From the human T2T-CHM13v2.0 reference genome, Homo sapiens: a stretch of 64,000 nucleotides of DNA. The notes beneath the pieces were generated by a model. It was given only the letters and a program-made list of their open reading frames with translations, did no database searches and was not told where the DNA came from. Both the position numbers and the translations under genes were made by a program. Positions 15,038-31,180 of this stretch are shown here, piece by piece. Numbering within the stretch: the stretch's first letter is position 1; the number at the start of each line of letters is the position of its first letter. The DNA lies in assembly GCF_009914755.1 (NCBI RefSeq), contig NC_060938.1; one strand, written 5' to 3'.

Positions 15038-15437
15038 TGTTATAGACTGAATGTTTGTGTCCCCACAATTCATATGTTGAATCCCTAACCCTCAATGTGA
15101 TGGTACTTGGAGATGAGGCCTTATGGAGGTAATTAGGGGTAGATGAGGTCATGAGGATAGGGTCTTCATGATGGGATTAGTACTCTTACAAGAAGAGACA
15201 CCAGAACACTCTCTCCCTCTCTTTCTCTGCACACACACTGAGAAAAGGCCATGTGAGGACACAATGAGAAGGTGGCTGTCTGTAAGAAGCCAGGAAGGGA
15301 GCTCCCACAAACACCCAACCATGTTGGCACCTGATCTCAGACTTCTAGCCTCCAGCACTATGAGAAAATGAATTTCTGTTGCTTAAGCCACCCAGTCTAT
15401 GGTATTTTGTTATGGCAGCCCCAGCAGAATTATAAAC
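15038..15437 (+). mobile_element. MLT1A-like solo LTR (MaLR)
   Basis: TGTTATAGACTGAATGTTTGTGTCCCC ... AATTTCTGTTGCTTAAGCCACCCAGTCTATGGTATTTTGTTATGGCAGCC. Confidence 0.9.
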
Positions 15438-15600
15438 CCTCAGGGGAAGAACTGCTTATTTATCATTTTGTTTACTATCTTTATGTTAGATTTCTAGCTC
15501 TGGAAAGTATTCCCTTTAGTTCTATGGTAATTCAACATTTAACAACAGGTTTTTTGAATTAAAAAAAGTAGTGCCATGCTTGATATACAAGATTTGGGAT

Positions 15601-15601
<1 letters not shown>

Positions 15602-15634
<33 letters not shown>
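15602..15634. repeat. (CA)n microsatellite
   Basis: Read directly from the sequence. Confidence 0.95.
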
Positions 15635-15636
<2 letters not shown>

Positions 15637-16189
15637 CACAATGAAAACATCACCTATAACCCAACAGAATCACTGTTAATATTTGTGTTTGTCTTCTAGT
15701 GTATATAATACAGTATGTATTACACACATACGTATTCCACAAAAATAAGATCATACTATAGTCCAAAGCAGTAAATATAGCTTACACTTACATACTTATA
15801 TGGATGTTTATTTTGTTTAGTGTCACAAGGTGCACATTTTGCTATGACAATAATTACTCTTCTGCAGCATTATTTTGGGTATACAATTTTCCATCCAATG
15901 AATATATAACTCTACTGTAGATGTAATTTTTGGTCTGTATTCTTCTGAGATATTTAAACATTTATTAGTTTACTGGTTCCTCCAATCCAAGTGTTTATTA
16001 CTCCCTCAAAGTTTACTTAGTTTCTTATAGTTCAAATATGGCAACTTTTCACAAGAGTATCACAAAGAATCTTAAAAATCATTTATTCATTGATTGATTG
16101 ATAAATATTTATTAAGTACCCACTGGGTAGTACGAACTGTGTTTGTATTTCTGGGGAAATTCAGTAATATATAGCAAGAATCCAGAAAA

Positions 16190-16560
16190 TATATGTGGTG
16201 TTTGTTCCAGTTATTGTGCTTTTAGAAATTTATTGCTAGGAAGTAATTGTATATGCACAAACAGACCTGTGTACTCAGATGTTCATTGCAGCATGTAGAG
16301 CAAAGGAATGGCCATGACCTACATTTCCAACAGTGAGGAAATATCTGAAATAATTGTGGCCCATCCATATGGTAGAATGTTTTTCAGCCATTAAAAATAC
16401 CCTTCTCAGAGAGTATTTAAGAATGTGGGAATTGCTTAAAATAGAATGTTAAGTGAAAAAAAAAAAACAGGTTACAAAATTATGTGTATAACACGTGATC
16501 CCTGTTTTATACAAAACAAAACAGAACAAAAACTATTTATAGAAAATAAAATACCGAAAT
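16190..16560 (+). mobile_element. Old L1 (L1ME-like) ORF2 end/3'UTR
   Basis: 'agatgttcattgcagca...atccatatggtagaatg...cagccattaaaaat...gttaagtgaaaaaa...caggttacaaaat'. Confidence 0.65.
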
Positions 16561-19146
16561 ATGATTTGTTTTCTCTAATAGCTGGATTCCTGCCTTTGTG
16601 ACTAAAAAATGTTTTGGGCAATTAAACATGTTTGAGATGGTTTATTAATTTCAGAGATATGGAGCACCTTTTATTAGAATTGTTTCATTTTGGTGAAGTG
16701 AAATGCTTCAAACATCGGTTGAATTCTCACCTTCATAGTGATACCAGGGATGTTTTTGGAGTGTTTTTGATGAAAGGAAGCCCATCAAGGAAGCAGGGGA
16801 GGCATCACCAATATACCCTCAACACTTGTTCTTTAAGACTCAGCCTAGCAGTCAAGTCTCCTGGGAAGTTTTCTCTGCATCTTATCCTATCACCACAAAT
16901 GCAAATCCAGTATACTGTGTTACTATTACACAGTGTTGCTATTGTTTGTTTCTTTTCTCTCCTGGATTGTGCTGGAGCCTACCAATGTACTTGGTTTATA
17001 GTATTCAGTAAAATGTTGAATGCATGAATGAGAAGTGAATGACTGATCCAATGCCAACATTGCTCAACTACCCCTGAAACCCCTATACCTGAGCAAACCA
17101 AAGCCGGTATGTTGGACTTGATGGAGTGATATCAGCCTTGCTTAATAGAGAAGCAGCTCAAGTCAGGATATAGGATGGATTGTGTCAGTACAACCTCGGT
17201 GAATGTTTTTCATGCATTCCCCCGACATTGTTCTCCCTGGCTGGCTCTTGTATGATTATATTAGCTCTCGCATATCTGAGGTGAGAACTGTTAAGCAGCA
17301 AGGAGGCTGCCTGCTATGTGGTTCAGCATCCGACGTTATTTGGTCCTAAGCTCTGCGATGGAGCTGATCTGTTTCTGTATACTGAACTGTCTTTTTGGGG
17401 TGGTTTGGGGGAGGCTGCTGGGTTCTCAGACCTCAAAAGCCTAATAAAAGAACAACCATACATTAAAAGACATCAGGGAAAGAGGGCATTGTTTCTTATG
17501 TGGCAGCACAAAAGATGGGCCCTGGACTAGAAGGAGGGTCCCTGCTAATAAAGAGCTAGCCCTGTGAGGGCTCTGGTGCTCTTCTTGTCGTATAAAAAAA
17601 CTGGAATCCCTGAGCAGATGGCTGAAGCACAGGACTCTTTCTGTTAACTTCAAATTCCCTTCCTATGGTGTAGGACTCATTCATAGGAGATAGGTCACAT
17701 TCTGGCTCACAATGCCATGCCCATAATTCCTGCTGGAATCAGTGAGAGCCGTGGGTCCACAAGCTGAGGGCAGTCTGGTTTCCTTTGATAAGGAGTGTAG
17801 AGTGTGTGTGTGTGTGAGTGTGAGTCTGTACGTGATAGAGAAACTGTACATGTGTCAGGGGAGAGAGAGGGAGTGAGAAATATTGAGAATTGGCCTTTTC
17901 CAAGAGAAAGGATTAAAGACATCCCTTTCTGTTCTGGGATGGCCCTTTCTTTACTGTTATGAATAGCTCTACTAATAGAAAGAATTAACAAGTACTCCAT
18001 CTGTCATAAATCCCATTTAATATTCATGCCCGAAATAAACTGAGTTCTTACCCTAATCTGGCTTGCTGACTGTTCCTTCTCAGCCCCAGGGAAAGGATTA
18101 TTCCAATGGGATCACTTCCAAATATTTGGAGAGAAGGGGGTGGAGGTAGAGAAAATGAAAAGGCTGATTCTGCCTTCCAAGGAGTTTAATTAATGCCACT
18201 GCCTTCTAGCCCTGAATTGTCTTGTGGCAAATGGCTCATCGAGTTATCTGAAGCGTACCACCTCCTGTTAACAAAGGTCATTTAAGGTCACCATGACTGG
18301 CTTCATTTCTGAAGTGTCTCTTCCTACCATGCCTGGGCAAATCTCAACTTCTATTTTGTTTCCTGATAAGGCTGCCTTTTCTGCATAGGATTTGGAAAGA
18401 CTCTTCTATTTAATATTCAGTTTTACAGACCATTGCCAAGAAGCTATTTAAATTGTCCAGACACATAACTGTACATATTTTCTGTTTTATATAGGGGCTC
18501 TTCCATGAAAGGTAGCAGAGAATTCAGTATTATGATTTGGCAAAACCTAGTTGACACAGATGTGTTGCCAGTACCCTTGGGCAATGCAGGACCCATAAAA
18601 CTGTGTCCCAGGTGTGGCACCCCACTCCCACCTCAAGGTGAACCTTAGTGCCAAGAACTCACTCTCTTAATTGGTATAACTTTACAGCAAATGTTGATAT
18701 ATTATAGGGCAAAAGGCTGCACCTTGTTCTTCTTTAAAATTATTTCAGATATCCTTGTTCCTTTGCTTTTTCATGTTAATTTTAGAATCATACTATCAAA
18801 TTTTAATCAAAATTATTTTGGGTTGGATTGCATTTACTGAATTTATAGATTAATTTGGAGAGTTGGAGTTGTCCTTTATAGAGTCTTGAGTCTTCCCATA
18901 CATGATATCTCTCTCCATTAATTTGGTCTTATTTCATATCTTTCCATAATGTTTAATAATTTTTCCCATGAATGTCCTGGACATATTATTTTAGTGCATA
19001 ACTCAGTGCCTGCTATATAGTAGATATCCAGTAAATTTTTACTGAATAAATATGTTTTGTTGCTAGTGTGAATGGAATAAGAGTTCAACAAATGTTTGTG
19101 TATTGATTTTTTTATCTAGGAACCTTTCTGAAGCATGTTTTTCTAT

Positions 19147-19446
<300 letters not shown>

Positions 19447-19898
19447 CATGTTTTTCTATTCTAATAATATGGTACATTTTCTTGGATTTTCTGTGTATAT
19501 AATAATTTGGTCTGAAAAATCAGAGGTTTGTTTTTTCTTTCTAGTCTTTATGCATTTAGTTTTCTTTATTGGCTTATTTTATTTGATATAATCTCCAGTA
19601 CAATGTTGAATAGAAATGATGATAGAAGTATCCATTTCTTTTCCTGAATTTAATGGGAAATTGAAATCTCACTATAATATGTCTGCTTTCAATAGATGCC
19701 TGTTATCAAATTAAGAAAGTTCCCTTGTATTCTAATTTTCTAAGTTTTTCATATCTTAAAATCATGGATAGGTTTCAAATTTGATTAAATGCTTTTTAAA
19801 AATATGCTTGATTAGATGTGCTAACATTTTATTTAGTGTTTTTGGCATCTGTTTTCGCTTGATATTCATTCTTTGGTCACAGATGCAAATATTGGTGT

Positions 19899-20480
<582 letters not shown>

Positions 20481-20986
20481 TTTTCTTCTTCCTATTACTA
20501 TTATTTCTCAGACTCCCCTTGTTTAGTTTTGGTGCCAAGGTTATAATGGTACCTAAAGGAAGATTGAGAGATTTCTATTTTACTTTTCAATATAGCTTAT
20601 ATAAAATTAAGATTTTATGTTTATTGAAGCTTTGGTAATACTCATTAGTAGAAATCATCTGGCTTTAGGAATTTATGTGGATAAAATTTGGGGATAGTCT
20701 TTAAAATTATAGACTTGTTTTTATTTCTTTTTGAGTCAATATTGGCAAATTTATCAAAAAATTATAAATTTATTTCTCAAAATGTGGGTTCATAGTGTTC
20801 ACTTAAGATTAGTTTTGAATCCCTAGTTCATCTAAAATGCTCTTCTCTTTTCTACTGCTACCATTGTCTAACTTGTACAATCTCCTTTCCTTGACCCATC
20901 TTACCAGAAAATCATCTATTTAATTTTCCATTTCAGAAAAAGAACTTGGTTTTATTGTTCTTTTCTATCGTTTCTTCCCTTGTGTT

Positions 20987-21274
20987 TATTATTATTATTA
21001 TTATTATTATTATTTTGAGACAGGGTCTCACTTTGTCACCCAGACTGGAGAGTAGTGGTACCATCTCGGCTTACTGCAATCAACCTCCACCTTCTGGGCT
21101 CGAGTGCTTGATCCTCCCACCTTAGCCTCCTGAGTAGCTGGGACCATAGGTGCATGCCACCATGCTCAACTAATTTTTTATATTTTTGATAGAAATAGGG
21201 TTTCACCATGTTGCCCAGGCTGGTCTCGAACTCCCGAGCTCAAGCGAGCTACCTGCCTCGGCCTTCCAAAGTGC
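20987..21274 (-). mobile_element. AluJ, slightly 5'-truncated, (AAT)n tail
   Basis: J-type diagnostics; TSD ccctt(gt/ac)gtttatta. Confidence 0.9.
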
Positions 21275-21512
21275 CCTTACGTTTATTATATGCATCCATC
21301 TACTTTCTTCAAGTTCCATCTTTCTCTTTCTAACTTCTTGAATTGAATGCTTAGTTCACCTTATTTCTAGTTCATTGTGATACATATATACATATATGTA
21401 CTTTTTACTTTTAATACTACTTTAGGTGTATCATACAAGTTTTGACATGTCATGCTAATAATTTCTATCATGAGTTGTTAGCTCACAAGTTATTTGGAAA
21501 TATGTTTTCTTT

Positions 21513-22630
<1,118 letters not shown>

Positions 22631-23387
22631 CATTTGGCATGGGTGTTCCATTATTTGAAAGTTATGTTTTTCTGCCTCATCTCAGAATTCTAAATGTCAC
22701 ATAGGTCAATATTGATTATTATAATTATTTGAATCTTCTATGTCTTACCAATTTTTGGTCTAGGTGACTCGCTTTCTGACAAAGATGTGTTAAAATCTAC
22801 CTCTGTGATTTTTTCATTTTTTCCCCTTATAATCTTGCAGCTTTTTGCTTTATATATTTTGAGACCATATTGTTTAGCACAACAGTCAAGGTCAGTCTCT
22901 CTTCCTGAAAAAAATTTCCCTTCTCATTTAGTGTGTTTAATACTAACAACTCTGTCTTAAATTCCATTTTGTCTGATTATAATAAGGCTCTCCTAGCTTT
23001 CTTGCACTTACTATTTGCCTGGCGTATCTTTTTTCATCTGTACCTTGTAAATATCATACAGTTCAAATTTCAAAAATTCCAGTCTGAGACTATAACCAGT
23101 GGTTTTAATTTTTTTACATATATTACTAGTATATTTGGATCTATTTCTTCCATCTAATTTTCTGTTTTTGCGTCATTCTCCTTTCTTTTTGCCCTTTTGG
23201 TCTATTTGAGTTTTGTTTTTCCTCTTCTTCTTTTTCTAGTTTGGGAGTTATACTTTTTATTTCTATTGTGATAATCTTTAAATTCTAAATTTAAATTATA
23301 GTGATAATCTTTAAATTCTTGTGACTAATACTTGACTAAGTTTAAAGTTAATGTTTCCCAAGCACTGTGAGGACTTCCACTTGTCTG

Positions 23388-24085
23388 TTCAGCTTTATTG
23401 AGTTACACCTGACAAACAAAAATTGTATATGTTTAAGGTGTCCAATGCAATGATTCGACATACATACCCATTGTGAAACCATCACCAGATTCAAGTGAAT
23501 TAACACAATTTGTCACCTCACAGAGTTACTTTTTTGTGTGCTGAGAACACTAAAGTTCTTTTCTCTTAGCAAATTTTAAGTATACCATACAGTATTATTA
23601 ACTATAATCACCGTGCTATGCATTAGATTCCCAGAACTTATCCATCCTATAATCGAAAGTTCGTACCCTTTATTTTACCATCTTCCCATTCCCTGCCCAT
23701 CCAGCCCCTGAAAATCATCATCTACTGTGTGCTTCTATGAGTTCAACTTTTTAAAGATTCCACATATAAGTGAGGTCATATGTGAGGTCATGAGTGAGTA
23801 TTTTTCTTTCTGTGTCTGGCTTATTTCACTTAGAATAATGTCCTTAGGGTTCATCCATATTGTTACAAATGGCAAAATTTCCTGCTTTTTTTATATTCAT
23901 ATGTGAGTGTGTGTGTGTATATATATCTAAAATGAGATATTATGTATACATACATGTATATAATGATGCTATATATACCTATATATGAAATTTATGTGGA
24001 ATAATTTAGATATATCATTATATATGTAATTTATATATATATGTAATTTTGTGGATTATTTCACATTTTCTTTATCCATTCATCT
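23388..24085 (-). mobile_element. L1MA (MA8/9-like) 3' end
   Basis: 'cagctttattgagtt...aaaattgtatatgtttaaggtg...ctcttagcaaattttaagtat...attattaactataatcacc...gattccacatataagtgag'. Confidence 0.85.
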
Positions 24086-24915
24086 GAGCTTACTTTTTAA
24101 ACTCAGCTCCTCTTCCATTTCCATGTTATTAGTGACTACTATTGTCTTCTATCTAGTTCTAACTTCCTCATTAGTTGTCTGAATTATTATTATGCTTTGT
24201 TTACAGTTTCCATTTATCATCATATGTACTGATATTTGTGTTCATCATTGCATCTTGCTTTTTACTTCTTTGTTCTGGACTAAATTTCCTTAATGAAGTG
24301 TATTTTTAGTAGGTATTTCAGTGATGAATGGCAAATTCTCCTTTCCTTTTTCCATAAACATCTTTACTCTCCTCTCTGGGAGTTTTGTTGAGTTAGGTGT
24401 TGTATTCTAGGTTGACAGTTGTTTTCAAACAATAGCATGAAAATACAATGTGATTTTCTTGTGGGATATTCTGTTGCTGATGGGAAGTCTACTGGGGATC
24501 CAGCTGTCATTTTTTTGTTGGCAATTTGTATCTTCTCTTTGTTTGCTTTGGAGATTTTCTGCTGTTTTTGCTATTCTGCAATTTTACCACAGTGTGTCTA
24601 GTAGCAGATTCATTTTCATTTAGCCTCTTCAGCATTTGGGTACTTTTTCATTTTGAGGAATTACAATTCAGTTCTGGAAAAATCTTAGCCATTGTCTTTT
24701 CAATATTACCTCACCCTCATTCTCTCTTTTTTCTCTTTTTGGAGATTTATTTTGGACTTTCATACCCTAGCCTTTATATCTCTTAACTACTTTCATATTT
24801 CCTATCTTTTTATTATTCTCAGCTGTATTCTGCATAATTTCTTTAGATCTAGTTCCCATTTTTGTAATATTCTCTTCAACTCTGTTTAATCTGCCACATA
24901 CTTTGAGCTTCTAAT

Positions 24916-25222
24916 TTTATTTTTTTGTTATTATTATTTTTGAGACAAGGTCTCACTGTGTCACCCAGGCTGGAGTGCAGTGACATGATCTCGGCTCACT
25001 GGAACTTCAGCTTCCTGGTTCAAGTGATTCTTATGCCTCAGCCTCCCAAGTAGCTGGGATTGCAGGCATGCACCACTATGCCCAGCTAATTTTTGTATTT
25101 TTAATAGAGATGGGGTTTTGCCATGTTGGCCAGGCTGTTCTTGAACTCATAGCCTCAAGTGATAGACCCTCCTTGGCCTCCCAAAGTGCTGAAATTACAG
25201 GTGTGAGCCACCGTGCCTGGCC
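24916..25222 (-). mobile_element. Alu (AluJb/Sz-type)
   Basis: Reverse Alu; TSD ttga(g/a)cttctaatttta. Confidence 0.93.
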
Positions 25223-25450
25223 TTGAACTTCTAATTTTAAGCACTATATTTTTCATTCCTATAAATTCTGTTTTTTAAAAATCTGTCCTTTTTCATACTT
25301 TTATTATTTTTTAACAAAGTTTTAATAATTTTAAATATACATATTTTTTTAGTCTGTTTCAGTTCTCTTCTCTCCCAGTACTTGGAATGATAATTCTCTC
25401 ATGTATTAATTACATCTGCTGGCATTCCATTCCCTCTTGGTCCTTTATTC

Positions 25451-25451
<1 letters not shown>

Positions 25452-25491
<40 letters not shown>

Positions 25492-25500
25492 TGTGTGTGT
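25452..25500. repeat. (TG)n microsatellite
   Basis: Read directly from the sequence. Confidence 0.95.
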
Positions 25501-25739
25501 ATTGTAATACTTTATTTTTAAATAGAGTTCATTATCAGCAGGTTGTGTTTTTCCTTGTGGGATTTCTGTGTTCTCAGTTGGTTTAAGTGTCCCTCCAAGA
25601 AATAGCTTACACATGGTTTCCGGAAAGTTCAATATTTCTTGCTATTGGTTACAACAAAGAGGATAGAACTAGCAGCCACTGAGAGACAAATCCCAAGTGA
25701 GCAAGGACGAAATGAATGGAGCAAGGACCTAGAGAAAGT

Positions 25740-26440
25740 GAGAAGCTAAAGGATGAGGAGCCCAGGTATAGTACAGCTTTATAAAAAGGAACAGGAATAT
25801 GTCTTTCTTTTCAATAGGAGGGAAGGTAAAACTGTGACGAAAAACACAGAAAATTTTGAGGAAAAACTTGAGAGAAGCCCCAAGAAATGATTTATTCTTC
25901 TTAGAATGACAAGAGATGAGTTGTCTTTGCAGGTAAGGCAGTCAGATAGTTATGTGTCTGAGGAGACTAATGCTGTTAGAAGTGCTGAAGGGCAACAGGA
26001 AAAGTTAACAGAAAGGATTGTCAAGAAGGAGGGAGGGCCCAGCCAGGATTTAGAGAAAATAGACTTGTGGGATACAATCTATGTGCTTTGGTGATTTTTC
26101 CCACACTACTTGGCAGCTATGGATAGAGGGAAGATAAGTATGGGTTTGCCAGATTCGATGATTGACAATCCAGCCATAGGAGGCAGTTTGGGAGTGAGCA
26201 ATTCTAAGATTCCTGCAAAAGCCCTATTTAAATCATTTCTAATGGATTCCAGGCTGGGTAAGGGGCAAAAGAAGCCAGAAAGACTCTGATGAATGAGGAG
26301 ACAAGAGAAGAATCTAGAAAATGGAGACTCAGTGAAGGTGAGGACAGATCAGCAGGGATGAGAGGGCTGTGGGGTAAGAAGTGCAGGAAGTAAGGTCAGG
26401 AAAGGGGATTTTCCAGCTTGAGCTCTTGGCCATGGAATAG
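25740..26440 (-). mobile_element. Diverged L2 internal fragment
   Basis: Purine-rich tract resembling antisense L2 ORF2 (compare 63200-63400). Confidence 0.45.
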
Positions 26441-28258
26441 TTCCCAGGGCCAAGCATACCAGTAATTATTTGTGGCTCAATTATTTCCTAGATCCTTGCT
26501 ATCTGGAGGAAAAGTTAGTGGCTCTGAGCTGCAGCATGGGGTCTCTCAGCTCCTACTTTCTATTGTAAAAAGTGAGAATGTTAGCCTTGCAGAACTATTA
26601 TCCTACTTTAAAAAAAGATACATATTAGGTGCTCAGCAGTTTACAACATCTCTGGTGATTGTGTCTAAAATTATCATATTCTAAAGCCATGAGGGGGTCT
26701 ATCAAGGCAAATATTTTAACATCACTTGAGGACTTTGAGCCTTATTTCTTCAAATGCTTGCCCATGATTCCTGGAACCTTTGCTTTCTGGTTGAAGTCTT
26801 GGTTTAGCATGTGCAGCAAATAAAACAGAACACAGCCACTCCCTGAGAGCATCCCCACCTCCCCTCTCCTCTCCTGTGACTTACGTTTTCCTCAGTGAGC
26901 TGGCTGCCACCTCTGCAGCTGCCCTTTGAAGCATTTCTCCAGAGTGGTGACTGTCATTAGCTGTGCTGCGGCTTGGCTGTTCTCCCTGCCAACTGTGGTT
27001 GTGTCTGCCCTCACTTTCCATAGGACGTGCTGGCAGGCTTGGTGCTTTACCAAATCACAGCGGCCTTTGTGGGTCTCTGTCAGCATTTCTTTCCTTTTGC
27101 TTTCTTTGTCTATGTTGTTTCTAGAAGGGAGCAGAACTTGGTTGCTGAGTCATCACTGGCTGTGATGTGGGAAGTCAGAACAGTTCTTTACCTTTTGTTT
27201 ATTTGTGATCTCCTCCCTCTAGAATGCTGAGAGTGTTTTGAAGGAGAAGATTCATAGGAAGAAACAAATTTAACCAGGATAATAGGTTGGGATGGGACAC
27301 ACTTCCAGTCCAATCTTGCTGTCCACTTGGTGGTAGGGAGGGGTCAATTCACTGTGCTGTTTCATTGGGACTTACTTTGGCATCCTCATACTGAGTTAAG
27401 TGTAGAGAACACAGTGATGGGATTGCATTAGCCTTCAAAAAGATGCTTACTTGTGACTGGCCTACTTAGAAAAATGGAGTGGAAAAAAAAAAAGGAATGT
27501 TTTGATGCAGAAAGAAAAATAAGGTAGTAGAAGGTAGAAATAGAGAACTACAGTGAAGGACCAAGCAGATGGGCTGTATCAGCTCTAAAACGTCCCTGGA
27601 CTGTGTTCTTCCTGGCCATGTCCTGGATTTTCCATTCCTGCTGACATTTCCAAGTCATAAATCAAGGAGGAATACTCGAAGAGCCTTACGATTTCGTTGA
27701 AATATGAGCAGCCAGGACATCCTCTGGGTGGAGTAGGACTTACAGGTGCTGGAGGTGGGCGGGCAGGACATGAGTTGAACAGCAGGCAGGGATATTGGGC
27801 AGGGTGGCCATTGCCCATGGAGTCCAAAATTTCACCTTTTTATAAGAAACTTTGGGATTTGGGCCTATGAAGGACAGCCCAGTGAGTCATTTCTCCTGGG
27901 CTGGGATGGGAAATTACTAGTTTTTGGTCTTATGATTGTGAAAGTCTGCAGATGTGCAACCATAAGTCTTTTTTATTCTCCTTTACTCTGCCTTTTAAAA
28001 CTTTACAGTTAACAAAACCTTCCCTATTCTGCCCCAAGTGGATCAAATCCTTTTTCTCTCATCTGACTCCATTATAGTCTTGAGAACTAGCTAGGCACTT
28101 TTCAGATTAAGAAGCTATGTCTTGCCCAAATTCCTGTCCTCGTGACAAGTTTTCCCCAAATCTAGGACCAATTCCTGATCAACTGCTTTACATATTCAGA
28201 TCAATGATGGCTTCAGTTCTGTGCATATTCTAACACTTGACATGGACATCTATCTTAA

Positions 28259-28574
<316 letters not shown>

Positions 28575-28624
28575 CTTTAAGGACTATTCTTAATTGCCTG
28601 ATGCCATAGGCTGTGGGTTGTGAC

Positions 28625-28830
28625 TGTGAGATAGGTACTGTGCTAATCTCTAGACATTCATGATTTTGTTTACATTTTACACCCCTGTGAAGTAGATATT
28701 ATTATTCTCATTTTATGGCATAATAAAATGAGGTTCAGAAGAGTTACATAAAGTGACAAGAAGCTGGTGGTAGCTGAGCTAGGATTTGAACCCAGATCTA
28801 TCCTACCTCAAAGCCTAAGTGCCTAACCAG
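28625..28830 (-). mobile_element. MIR
   Basis: 'acccctgtgaagtagatattattattctcatttta...tgaggttcagaagagtt...gagctaggatttgaacccagatct'. Confidence 0.8.
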
Positions 28831-28839
28831 TCTGCTGGA

Positions 28840-28976
28840 GACTCAATCTGGAGTCCATGCCCCTGTCACCCCTAGATTTTATGTGACCTTTTGTACATGT
28901 GTTTTTCTGGGAAGCGGGATCCTGGTCTATATCAGATTTTCAAAGGGCTACGATCCCACAAAGCTAAGAACACTGT
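28840..28976. mobile_element. hAT-Charlie MITE fragment (MER103-like)
   Basis: Ends 'atcagattttcaaagggctacgatcccacaaagctaagaacactg'. The family name is uncertain. Confidence 0.45.
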
Positions 28977-28997
28977 ACTTAACTATTAGAGTTGGTG

Positions 28998-29560
28998 GAT
29001 CAGTTAGGATGCTCTTGGTTGCAAACAAAGCAGAACTGAACTCAAACTGGCTGTGTCAGTGTTCACGCACAGTTTAATCAGGATTCCTGCTCTGTTTCTC
29101 TGTAACAGTCCTGGCTTCATCCTCCTAGTGTGTAGGCTTTGTCCTCAGGCTTCCCTTATTGATAGCAAAATGCCTGCAACAGTTCTGGGTCCAATGTCTG
29201 CACACACAGGTCCAAAAGAAGAGCCAAAAGAAGGTCCAAAGGAAGAACATTTCTCTCCTCTCTACTGTCCAACAAAACTTGTGGGCTTCATTCTTGGCCA
29301 TGGGGCCCAGTAAGATCCCTGTGCCCCTGTCTTGAGCAGTCATGGGAACTGGGGGACGCCGTGCAAGGGTTGGCTGCAGCATGTATTCCTTGTGTATTCC
29401 TGAATCAATCACAGTCTTAATGAGGATAAGATTACATTGAGTGCCTTAGGCCACTGCAGCGGGGAGTAGGGTCATTTTTACCTCACTGACATGGCTGATT
29501 CCTAATGGTCAGGGGAGAGGTGAAGTGGATGATGGGCAGGCATCCAGCAATACCCAAAAT
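28998..29560 (-). mobile_element. Old MaLR LTR (MLT1L/N-like)
   Basis: Starts 'atcagttaggatgctcttggttgcaaacaaagcagaa...actcaaactggct'. Confidence 0.55.
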
Positions 29561-30969
29561 AGTTAGTATTCTTCCTGTGGCAACTCAAAGATTTTGCAAC
29601 AATCTCCATATCTTAATGGGACAAGATGAAAGCAAATTCAGCTTCTAGGAGGAAACTTTTTGGCATTTCATTGTTCTCTTTGATTTGAAGAGTTTAATAT
29701 GCTGCCTTTTCTCATCCCCAATCAGAGTCTATTTAGTGAGGCAAGATGTCCCTACCAATGAAGAGATATTTCCTTTAGATGCAGTTCTAATTAGAACTGC
29801 CGCTTCTGAGAAACACTTTCATGGCCTGAGTTACAAACTCCTCTGGAATATTTTCCTCTTGTTTAAGAATGCATAGTCTCAGAATCCAAGGGTGGCTGGG
29901 AAGAGGAAGAGCAATTGAAAATGAGAATGTGAAAGAAGACAGAAGTCTTTTTTATGAGAACTTAAGCAGAGTGATGACTGCATGTGTCTGAAAATATAAT
30001 TATCCTCTTTTGTTTGCTTGATAGAGTTTTGATAGATAGAATCTTGACAGCTCTGTTATGAAATGTTAAAATGTAATTTAGGTTAAAAATCTTAATTATC
30101 TTAAATTATAGTCTGAAGTCATGTTCTAGACTTTGATCCTTTTATCATGTGTGACACAGCAGAGGCTGCAGGTGCAGCTAATCCAGCTGCTGTGTTTGCA
30201 TAAAAGTGAAAAAAGTGGTTGATTGGCTCACTGGACACCCTTGGAGGGGATATATGTGTGCGTAGAAGGAAACCAGTGGGATTTGCCTTCTGCCCGGCAA
30301 TCCCTAGATGATGCTCTTAACTTTAGAGCAGAGGAGCATTGTGGGTACTTATATTCATTAGAGAATAAAGCCCAAGCTCCTTAGTGCAACATTCAGGCCC
30401 TTAAGGACATGGTCGTAAACTACCCTTTCAGGATCAGGGAGACATATGTGCAGTGAAGAGGGTGTGGGCTTCAGAGTCAGACACTAGTCTCCTACCTCCC
30501 CCCACTGACTTGCTAAGCAAACTAGGATTTGCTATTTAAGATCTCTAAGCTTCAGTTTCTTCTGTTTACCGTATATGCAAAGAAGACACACTGACCTTCC
30601 TTGTGGGGTTGAATCACCGCATCACTCCTCTGTACTCTCCCAGATCTCTGCTTCCTCTCTCTTCCTCTCTCCCTTTCTTACATTGTTATTTTTCTTTCAT
30701 GTGGCCTCTCTCTCTCTTTCTCTCTCTCCCCCGCCAATCAAGGAGATGGAATGTTCATTAGGGACATGGACTGCATGTCCTCCCCTCCCTTTATCCCCTA
30801 GTCTTAGTACAGCAATTGGTCACATGATTAAGTGCTAGATACAACTTTGCTAAAATGAGTGCTCAACAACATCCTTCGTCATCCATTTGACCTTCTTAGC
30901 AAATGTCAATTAAAAAATGAAATACCGAAGTGAGTCAGAAGGAGAGAGGGCTGGTTGAGATGAGACAGC

Positions 30970-31180
30970 TTTGTATAGTGGGTGCTGGAGTTTGACCCAA
31001 TGGGTTTAAGTTCTGGCTAAATGATGACCTTGGGCAAGTTACCATTCTGTGCTCAGTTTCCTCTGTAAGATGGGGATGACAATAGACCCTCTTTAGAGGG
31101 TTGCTATGAGAAAAAAATGAGATAATAAAAAATATACTTAGGAGAATGAGTACTTAATTAACATGACCTATTATTGTTCC
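30970..31180 (+). mobile_element. MIR (further MIR pieces at ~30445-30610 on + and ~31550-31740 on -)
   Basis: 'tgaccttgggcaagttacc...ctcagtttcctctgtaagatggggatgacaata'. Confidence 0.8.
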